Below the pieces are notes generated by a model. The model was not told the origin of the DNA. It saw nothing but the letters and a program-made list of their open reading frames with translations, and searched no databases. Made by a program: the position numbers and the translations under genes. A stretch of DNA of 12,555 nt, from IMG/VR virus record IMGVR_UViG_3300006141_000002, one strand, 5' to 3'. Positions 6,860 through 12,555 of this stretch are shown here, piece by piece; the stretch's first letter is position 1; the number at the start of each line of letters is the position of its first letter. The stretch is from a virus (taxonomy: Duplodnaviria > Heunggongvirae > Uroviricota > Caudoviricetes).

Positions 6860-7132
6860 ATGAGAATAACAAAATCATCTGGTGAAGCGGCTTCGTTTAC
6901 TGCCATGAAGGTTGCGGCAAACGCTGGGTGCAACGTGTGCCCATGTTGTGGCGAGACAAAATCATGGGCTCAGTACATGAAAGAAGGCGTGTATAACAAA
7001 GGCGTTATGGCTGGTGCCCTCAATAAAACCTGGGTCGAGGGAGTATTCCATATGAGAAGCATGAAGTGCGACTGTTACAAATGCTACTCATGTGGGGCAG
7101 AGTGGGAGAGCGAGCCATATCAGTGGGCATAA
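6860..7132 (+). CDS. Small Cys-rich Zn-ribbon phage protein
   Basis: CNVCPCCGE...KCDCYKCYSCGAEWESEPY; SD GGTGGTGA. Confidence 0.68.
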   Translation: MRITKSSGEAASFTAMKVAANAGCNVCPCCGETKSWAQYMKEGVYNKGVMAGALNKTWVEGVFHMRSMKCDCYKCYSCGAEWESEPYQWA

Positions 7133-7146
7133 AACAGAACTTTGGT
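7129..7146 (+). repeat. Junction motif copy 10 ATAAAA-CAGAAC-TTTGGT
   Basis: Full match; includes TAA stop of 6860..7132; precedes capsid-like gene. Confidence 0.75.
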
Positions 7147-7157
7147 GGTGAATAACG

Positions 7158-8093
7158 ATGAGATACAATGGCGTTAGGTTAGAAAAAGGTATGTACCAGG
7201 AGCATGGGCGCACATTCAGTCATGTGCTGGAAAGTATTGACCCAAGCAACCAATACGTTGGCACGCCCCTGGAGGGACTGGACGCTTTTCAGCGCCAGCT
7301 CAAGCGCTTCGACATCAAGGTGAAGGGCGCTCAGTCCGATACGGTTGAAAAATTCTTTGCCACAACAGAATCAGCGGTACTTTTCCCTGAATATGTTGCA
7401 AGAGTGGTGCAGCGTGGTATGGAAGAGTCGGATATAGTTCCAATGATTACCGCCTCTGTAACGAGAGTTGATGATGAGGAACAGGTCGGGAACACTCGGG
7501 CGAATCTACGCAAGAGGGGACGGCTGTTAGTTTCCGGTTATGATGCAGTCCGCGCACAAAAGTTGGATTTGTTCTCTGTTACATTACGCCAGATTGGCTC
7601 TTACATCGCACACACTCGTTTGGAGGACGCCGTAGACGTTCTTGTTAATGGAGATTGCAATAGCAAGGCCGCCGAGGTAGCATCTCTAAACGGGCGTATC
7701 TTCGGATACAATACGCTGCTGGATTTTTGGGCCCAGTTCGACCCATACGAAATGAACATCGCCCTTGCATCCAACGATATAGCCCTCGATTTGTTGAAGA
7801 TGCCTGAGTTTCAAAACTCGTCTGCTGGATTCAGCTTTCAGCAACCGCATTGTGTCACCATGCCATTTGGGCCTATGCTGATTCGTTCTAACGCTGTGCC
7901 ACAAAACACAGTGATTGGAATCGACAAGCGCTTTGCTCTTGAGATGGGGCAAGTTGGAGATGTAACAACGGAATACGATAAGCTCATCAACCGTCAATTT
8001 GAGAGAACTGCCATCACTATTATCAGTGGATTCTCAAAAATCTATGATGAAGCAAGTCGAGTTTTAAGCACCTCATTGCAAAAGAAACGGTAA
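7158..8093 (+). CDS. HK97-fold major-capsid-like protein, apparently with internal (E-loop) deletion
   Basis: LEKGMY, LDAFQRQLKRFDIKVKG, VLFPEYV, LRKRGRLLVSGYD, LDLFSVTLRQIG, EYDKLINRQFERTAIT..SGF: matches (from recall) the capsid-like protein family of Oscillospiraceae; intact 311-aa frame. Confidence 0.75.
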   Translation: MRYNGVRLEKGMYQEHGRTFSHVLESIDPSNQYVGTPLEGLDAFQRQLKRFDIKVKGAQSDTVEKFFATTESAVLFPEYVARVVQRGMEESDIVPMITASVTRVDDEEQVGNTRANLRKRGRLLVSGYDAVRAQKLDLFSVTLRQIGSYIAHTRLEDAVDVLVNGDCNSKAAEVASLNGRIFGYNTLLDFWAQFDPYEMNIALASNDIALDLLKMPEFQNSSAGFSFQQPHCVTMPFGPMLIRSNAVPQNTVIGIDKRFALEMGQVGDVTTEYDKLINRQFERTAITIISGFSKIYDEASRVLSTSLQKKR

Positions 8094-8259
8094 CTCAGGT
8101 TGTAATGCGGAATATGGGATTGAAAGCGTCCATCATCTAAGGAGTGGGACGAAGCAGCATGGCTGTGGATAATGGGAAGGCACCCCGTAACTGGTAAGAC
8201 TGCCCTCCCTTTGGCGTAAAAACACACCATATCATTTATAAATCATACTGGAGGTACAT

Positions 8260-8610
8260 ATGAAAAAGAAGTTTACTGCTGTGGCACTTTTTATCGTTCT
8301 GCTTATGGGACTGGCGGCTTGTGCGTCCAAAGGCACAAAGGGGTACGAGTCAAACACGGGGCTGGTAGCTATCCCTGGTTTCAACGACTTGTACTACGAT
8401 AGCCAGACCAAGGTTGTGTATTTCGTGTTCAATGAGTGCTCTGGGTATCAGGGGTATGGGTATATGTCTGCCTACTACGCCCCGAATGGGCTCCCATATC
8501 TCTACGACCCATTCAATCAGGAATTGGCTGAAATTAGTTATGCACCGACCGAGCAGACCGAGAATCTCCAACCAAATTTTCTTTCAAGGGGAACGAATAG
8601 CGGATTATGA
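8260..8610 (+). CDS. Predicted lipoprotein (DUF6440-like phage lipoprotein)
   Basis: Signal peptide MKKKFTAVALFIVLLMG + lipobox LAAC; YYDSQTKVVYFV...GYMSAYYAPNGLP; SD GGAGG. Confidence 0.75.
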   Translation: MKKKFTAVALFIVLLMGLAACASKGTKGYESNTGLVAIPGFNDLYYDSQTKVVYFVFNECSGYQGYGYMSAYYAPNGLPYLYDPFNQELAEISYAPTEQTENLQPNFLSRGTNSGL

Positions 8611-8624
8611 AGCTACGCTTTGGT
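8607..8624 (+). repeat. Junction motif copy 11 ATGAAG-CTACGC-TTTGGT
   Basis: 1 mismatch; includes TGA stop of lipoprotein gene. Confidence 0.65.
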
Positions 8625-8631
8625 GATGAAA

Positions 8632-8805
8632 ATGCAATATAAGTTCGGTGATGTTCTGATATACACCTCGCCGCAAGACTCCACTCGCAAAACTCCGTGT
8701 GTGTTCATACGGGATGAGAAAGGTCGAGCAGTCGTATGTTTTCGGCGTGCGGAGTGGGCGGCAAGAGTAAACTACCAGTTTCTGTCGAAACAGGAAGCAA
8801 TATAA
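8632..8805 (+). CDS. Small hypothetical protein
   Basis: ORF 8620..8805; ATG 8632 follows GGTGA; MQYKFGDVLIY... fills gap between genes. Confidence 0.55.
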   Translation: MQYKFGDVLIYTSPQDSTRKTPCVFIRDEKGRAVVCFRRAEWAARVNYQFLSKQEAI

Positions 8806-8810
8806 TAAGT

Positions 8811-8969
8811 TATGCGGTGGCGGAATAGGTAGACGCTAATGTCAGATAGGATGGCCTATCGGTTCGATTCCGACGGCTCTTAACCACGGTGAAATAGCCG
8901 ACAGAGCAGGGGCTGATTTGGTACAAGGGAGTGGACATCCATGTAGGGTGCAAATCCTTGCCCGTATAA
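8811..8969 (+). ncRNA. tRNA-like RNA (Leu/Ser-type D-arm, T-arm, acceptor stem) with large structured insert in place of the anticodon loop
   Basis: Acceptor TATGCGG 8811-8817 / CCGTATA 8962-8968; D-arm GCG-GAATAGGTAGA-CGC; T-arm GTAGGG-TGCAAAT-CCTTGC; ATGTC 8839-8843 / GACAT 8934-8938 closes the insert; no anticodon identifiable; no encoded CCA. Confidence 0.62.
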
Positions 8970-8988
8970 CGATTCAAGGAGGCAGGCC

Positions 8989-9363
8989 ATGTTCCGTGTA
9001 ATCATCGCTGGCGGTCGAGACTTCAAGGACTACGACCTGCTTGTTAAAACCATGAACCATCTTCTGTCCAATATCAAGGACGACATCACGGTAGTCTGCG
9101 GCAAAGCACGAGGAGCCGATACGCTTGGAGAGCAGTATGCCAAGGAGCAGGGTTATGCCGTGCAGTATTTTCCTGCAGATTGGGACAGGTATGGCAAGGC
9201 CGCTGGATACCTTCGCAATACGGAGATGGCCAAAAACGCTGATGCCTTAGTCGCATTTTGGGATGGAATGAGTTTGGGGACGCGGCACATGATTGAGACC
9301 GCAAAGGCACACGGTCTAAAAGTTCGAGTGAAACGATACGATAAAGAAAGCGGGGTGCGTTGA
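8989..9363 (+). CDS. SLOG-superfamily DUF2493/YspA-like protein
   Basis: RVIIAGGRDF, VVCGKARGADTLGE, FPADWDRYGKAAGYLRN.EMA, VAFWDG.S.GT.HMI; SD GGAGG. Confidence 0.9.
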   Translation: MFRVIIAGGRDFKDYDLLVKTMNHLLSNIKDDITVVCGKARGADTLGEQYAKEQGYAVQYFPADWDRYGKAAGYLRNTEMAKNADALVAFWDGMSLGTRHMIETAKAHGLKVRVKRYDKESGVR

Positions 9364-9366
9364 TAA

Positions 9367-10179
9367 ATGGAAGGGAAATTCGTCGTTTATGATTCTCAGG
9401 GGGAACTGAACCTGCGGCAAATCGCAGACTCTGGTCAGTGTTTCCGACTGAAAGAGTATGATGCAGACAAGTTTATTGCGGTCACGGGTTCTCACGCCGT
9501 TGACATCCACCGTCGTGGCGACGTTTACATCTTCTGGTGCGATACCAATGAGTTCCAGGAAGTTTGGACTCCATACTTTGACCTGGATACAGACTACAGA
9601 ACGTTTAAGGCTCAGATGCAGGACGACCCGTTCCTGCAGGAAGCACTCAATAGCGGCGGCGGAATCCGTATCCTCCGGCAAGACCTGTGGGAAACGGCGG
9701 TTACATTCACCATCTCCCAGCGCAATAATATCCCACGCATTGCCAAGTCGGTCGAGACATTATGCAGTAATTTCGGGACTTCACTGAAGGAAATCGGCGG
9801 ACAACAGGTCTACGCCTTCCCAACCCCCGACCAGCTTCTCTGGCCGGATTTGTCAGCCGCTGCACTTGGATATCGAGAGCCATACATCAAAGAGCTGTGT
9901 CGGAAAGGTGACGACGTGTGGCAAAGTCTCCCCAACCTAAGCGATGCTCAAGCCAAGAAAACACTGATTGCCATGAAGGGTATCGGTGAGAAAGTGGCCA
10001 ACTGCATTATGCTCTTTGGGCTCCATCGGATGGACAGCTATCCTCGGGACGTGTGGGTCAACCGCCTGATTGATGACGTGTATCATGGAGACTTCGACCC
10101 TGGCAAATACGCCGGGTTCGCCGGGTATGTCCAGCAGTTACAGTTCTACCACTATCGGAATAAGACGTTCAGCTTTTAG
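9367..10179 (+). CDS. 8-oxoguanine DNA glycosylase (OGG1-like, HhH-GPD superfamily)
   Basis: LNLRQIADSGQCFR N-terminal OGG domain, ISQRNNIPRI, HhH motif MKGIGEKVANC with catalytic Lys, YPRDVW with catalytic Asp. Confidence 0.9.
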   Translation: MEGKFVVYDSQGELNLRQIADSGQCFRLKEYDADKFIAVTGSHAVDIHRRGDVYIFWCDTNEFQEVWTPYFDLDTDYRTFKAQMQDDPFLQEALNSGGGIRILRQDLWETAVTFTISQRNNIPRIAKSVETLCSNFGTSLKEIGGQQVYAFPTPDQLLWPDLSAAALGYREPYIKELCRKGDDVWQSLPNLSDAQAKKTLIAMKGIGEKVANCIMLFGLHRMDSYPRDVWVNRLIDDVYHGDFDPGKYAGFAGYVQQLQFYHYRNKTFSF

Positions 10180-10189
10180 AAGCAGATTG

Positions 10190-10218
10190 AAGCCGCCGCA
10201 AGGCGGCTTTTTTATTTT
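10190..10218 (+). terminator. Rho-independent terminator
   Basis: AAGCCGCC-GCAA-GGCGGCTT stem-loop (GNRA loop) followed by TTTTATTTT, 10 nt after glycosylase stop. Confidence 0.85.
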
Positions 10219-10240
10219 AATATTCGCCGGAGGTGAGGTC

Positions 10241-11215
10241 ATGATACAAATTCTGGAACTGTTCGGAGGCGTTGGCTCTCCACGCTGTGCCCTCCGTAAT
10301 CTTGGCATTCCGACAAAGGCAATCGACTATGTGGAGATTGATGAGAAGGCGGTCAGGACTTATAACAGTATGTTCCGTGAGGAGCTTCCATACAAGACTC
10401 AAAGCGTTGTTGGGTGGAACCTCAGACCCGATATCCTTATTCATGGAAGCCCGTGCCAGGATATGAGTATTTCGGGCCATCAGGGAAAGGCAACTGCCGT
10501 CAACGGACGAGTAAATCGCGGGCGTGGCGCAGACGAGGGAAGCGGAACTCGCTCCAGCCTAATGTGGGAAACCATCCACATCATCCAGCAAATGGGAGAC
10601 TGGAAGCCGAAATATGTCATCTGGGAGAATGTCAAGAATGTACTCACCAGATACAACCGCCACAACTTCGACCGATACATATCTGAACTTGAAAGGCTTG
10701 GGTATACGAGCAACTATGCAGTTCTCGATGCAAGGGACTTCGGTCTGCCACAGGCCAGAGAGCGTGTGTTCACCATCTCCACTTTGAACGAGGGGGTGTT
10801 TGACTTCGATAGCCTAATTCACACCCCGATGCAAGATATCCGGTCGTTCCTGCTGGATAACGCTGAGGTTCCAAGCGTTTACGATGTAACCCAGCCAAGC
10901 GTTCTGAGTGTGATTGGCGAAACGGGTATTAGGCGAGCGACAATCATTCGAGACTATGCTTTTACTGTGACAACCAGACAAGACAGAACACCGGCTCAGG
11001 TGGTGGACTGCGGAAATGGTCGTTACCGATATCTGACTGAGCTTGAATGCTGGCGTCTGCAAGGATATACCGACGAAGATTATCGAAGGGCCGAGCAGGC
11101 TCAGAAACGGGTCGGTCGTTACTATACAGCCTTGTATAAACAGGCTGGAAATTCTATTGCAGTTCCAATTTTCGAGAGCATCTTTCGCAAGATGCTACTC
11201 GGGGAAACAGCCTAA
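10241..11215 (+). CDS. DNA (cytosine-5)-methyltransferase, orphan
   Basis: Motif I ELFGGVG, IV HGSPCQ, VI WENV, VIII PQARERVF, IX LTELECWRLQG, X QAGNSI; ATG 10241 follows GGAGGTGAGG (ORF-track start 10070 runs through the terminator). Confidence 0.95.
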   Translation: MIQILELFGGVGSPRCALRNLGIPTKAIDYVEIDEKAVRTYNSMFREELPYKTQSVVGWNLRPDILIHGSPCQDMSISGHQGKATAVNGRVNRGRGADEGSGTRSSLMWETIHIIQQMGDWKPKYVIWENVKNVLTRYNRHNFDRYISELERLGYTSNYAVLDARDFGLPQARERVFTISTLNEGVFDFDSLIHTPMQDIRSFLLDNAEVPSVYDVTQPSVLSVIGETGIRRATIIRDYAFTVTTRQDRTPAQVVDCGNGRYRYLTELECWRLQGYTDEDYRRAEQAQKRVGRYYTALYKQAGNSIAVPIFESIFRKMLLGETA

Positions 11216-11222
11216 GCACAAC

Positions 11223-11475
11223 TCAGACCAGCCAGCCGCTTTGTAAATTTGTTGCAGTACATACCTCGTTTCCCTGCAACAGCTTTTCGCCCAAGGCAAA
11301 AGTAAGAATTTGGAGCTACGTTCCCATCGCCCAGCAGTCCGCTTCGCGGACGAGACTTTTCTCACTCGCATTGCCAAGCAATGCTCGTGAGTGCTGGGCT
11401 CGGGAACGACGCAATGCACATCGAGCGGCCCACTCACAATCGCCGCCCCGATGCGGAAAGCGGCTGGCTGTTTGA
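11223..11475 (+). ncRNA. Candidate structured non-coding RNA / cis-regulatory leader (unclassified)
   Basis: Perfect 14-bp closing stem CAGCCAGCCGCTTT 11229-11242 / AAAGCGGCTGGCTG 11457-11470 enclosing several nested hairpins; no credible ORF; strand assumed from neighbours. Confidence 0.6.
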
Positions 11476-11496
11476 AATAAAATCGGAGGTGCCCAT

Positions 11497-11988
11497 ATGA
11501 TTGATGTTGGAGCAAAGAGTGTGTGTTTCGCCTGCGACGAGTGCGGTATTCACGAGCAGATTGAACGCAGAATGCAGGTCGCCCGTGAGCTCGGGGAAAA
11601 TCTCCAATACGACCATTGTAGTTGCGACAAAGTCGGAGATGAGTTTTGGGCCGGAGGGTACTGCGAGGACGCTTTTGCTGAGAAACCCTCCAAAAGAAAT
11701 GAAGTCAGGCGCAAAACGGGCCGTGCGTACAGGCGCAAAATGCGCCGCAAGACCATCAAAAAGTATCGCATCCGGGATGGTCAGGGGTGGTCGTTTGGGC
11801 CACACATCAACGGGCATTGGGAGGGCGATGAATATGTCCTTGGCAATTACGTTGAATATCCCAGAAGCTCAAAAAACAAGGTGTTCTTCAAGCGTGTGTC
11901 GAACAAGGCAGTCCGCCGGAGTGAAAGCCTCCCGCTCAAGGGGAACGGATACCGTAAGGTGTTCGACTACTGGTGGACGATTACTTAG
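11497..11988 (+). CDS. Conserved hypothetical phage protein (paralog B of 1591..2088)
   Basis: SD GGAGG; MIDVG..CFACDEC, DHCSCDKV, GGYCEDA, TGRAYRRKM, NKVFFKRVSNK, FDYWWTI shared with paralog A. Confidence 0.82.
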   Translation: MIDVGAKSVCFACDECGIHEQIERRMQVARELGENLQYDHCSCDKVGDEFWAGGYCEDAFAEKPSKRNEVRRKTGRAYRRKMRRKTIKKYRIRDGQGWSFGPHINGHWEGDEYVLGNYVEYPRSSKNKVFFKRVSNKAVRRSESLPLKGNGYRKVFDYWWTIT

Positions 11989-12000
11989 GGAGGCGATTCA

Positions 12001-12231
12001 TTGACTTCGTACTACGTTACAACCACATCATCCACCGTCAATGATTGGTGGCACCGCTCTCCATACCTCTCACACTCATACTACCAGCCATTCAATGTCT
12101 GTACGCCAACAAAAGAGCGGACGGTTTGCATCCCAAAAGAGGAGATGCAGCAGATGAGTAACGAAGAGTTTGACGCTGCGTTCAAAGACCTGCTTTTTGG
12201 TGGCAGCAAACAGGAGGGAGAAAATGCCTAA
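12001..12231 (+). CDS. Hypothetical protein
   Basis: TTG start with SD GGAGG upstream; stop overlaps next gene start. Confidence 0.55.
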   Translation: MTSYYVTTTSSTVNDWWHRSPYLSHSYYQPFNVCTPTKERTVCIPKEEMQQMSNEEFDAAFKDLLFGGSKQEGENA

Positions 12232-12555
12232 TTTCTACATCTCAGACTGGCACTACAACCACAAGAATTGCTTGGCATTTGACAACAGGCCGTTCACATC
12301 TATTGAGCAAATGAACGAAGCGCTCGTAGAGCGCTGGAACAACGTGGTCAAGCCGGGCGACACAGTGTATGTGCTTGGCGATATGTTCTGGTGTGACTCA
12401 GAGATGGCAATCTCTGTGCTGGATTCTCTGTCTGGTAGGATTTTCCTGATTAAGGGGAACCACGACCGTTGTCACACTAAAAAGTTCACTGACAAGTTCG
12501 TAAAAGTCGCAGAATACATGGAGATTAAAGATAACGGACGCAATGTAGTGCTAAG
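12224..12555 (+). CDS. Calcineurin-like metallophosphoesterase (3'-truncated by window edge)
   Basis: Not in ORF track; translated manually: MPNFYISDWHYNHKN..FDNRPF...MNEALVERWNNVVKPGDTVYVLGD...IKGNHD (DxH, GD, GNHD motifs); SD GGAGGGAG. Confidence 0.9.
   Translation, partial: MPNFYISDWHYNHKNCLAFDNRPFTSIEQMNEALVERWNNVVKPGDTVYVLGDMFWCDSEMAISVLDSLSGRIFLIKGNHDRCHTKKFTDKFVKVAEYMEIKDNGRNVVL

Larger units (their letters stand above)
1..12555 (+). mobile_element. Phage/prophage accessory gene region (probably large temperate phage of Clostridia); boundaries lie outside the window
   Basis: Tightly packed co-oriented small ORFs; phage-type Dam methylase, Lar proteins, MazG-like, DUF2493, phage-type phosphoesterase, capsid- and prohead-protease-like genes; no housekeeping genes; no integrase or att site seen. 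Confidence 0.8.

Noticed and set aside
3480-8093. Functional virion head module or encapsulin operon
   Set aside because: Protease and capsid genes are separated by unrelated genes; no portal, terminase, scaffold or cargo gene in the window
8571-8586. Reverse-strand motif-like 16-mer TGAAAGAAAATTTGGT; similar short variants at 3234-3249 and 3463-3478
   Set aside because: Spacer one base short and/or left arm degenerate; not counted as copies
1106-8624. Classical integron attC sites or a CRISPR array
   Set aside because: No GTTRRRY/RYYYAAC boxes or long attC hairpins; repeats are degenerate and separated by whole genes, not 30-40-bp spacers
8811-8969. Annotation as a normal tRNA-Leu/Ser, tmRNA or intron-containing tRNA
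   Set aside because: No 7-nt anticodon loop; too short for tmRNA or a group I intron; no tag ORF recognised
10070-10240. 57-aa N-terminal extension of the C5 methylase in the ORF track
   Set aside because: Overlaps the glycosylase gene and runs through the terminator; strong SD precedes ATG 10241, where motif I begins
1133-11215. Restriction-modification system
   Set aside because: No restriction endonuclease or specificity subunit recognised next to either methylase; both look like orphan protective methylases
11229-11470. MITE or group II intron remnant
   Set aside because: No target-site duplication flanking the inverted repeat; no GUGCG 5' end or domain V; internal structure far exceeds what a MITE needs
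38-11817. Numerous minus-strand and alternate-frame ORFs (e.g. 827..1090, 3263..3700, 9316..9681, 11434..11817, 11501..12004)
   Set aside because: Shadows of better-supported + strand genes, with no motifs or SDs; 11195..11515 overlaps the structured element and has no protein-like signature

Overview
Gene-dense, almost entirely + strand accessory ('early/middle') region of what is most likely a large temperate phage or prophage of a Clostridia-type Firmicute (inferred from gene content). It holds about 25 mostly small ORFs. Recognisable products: a phage Dam-like N6-adenine methyltransferase, a C5-cytosine methyltransferase, two Lar-type restriction-alleviation proteins, a radical SAM enzyme, a MazG-like protein, a SLOG/DUF2493 protein, an 8-oxoguanine glycosylase, a metallophosphoesterase, a lipoprotein, two paralogous Cys-rich/basic proteins, and orphan prohead-protease-like and major-capsid-like genes with no portal, terminase or tail genes in the window. 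Most notable unexplained signals: (1) an 18-bp imperfect palindrome, ATRAAA-N6-TTTKRT, at 11 gene junctions between 1.1 and 8.6 kb, two copies of which exactly bracket an AT-rich, reverse-oriented gene plus its promoter, suggesting a gene-cassette/recombination system; (2) a ~250-nt highly structured non-coding element closed by a perfect 14-bp long-range stem; (3) a 159-nt tRNA-like RNA whose anticodon arm carries a ~90-nt structured insert; (4) a capsid-like protein that appears to lack its E-loop. Family assignments rest on motif recognition and recall, not on database searches.
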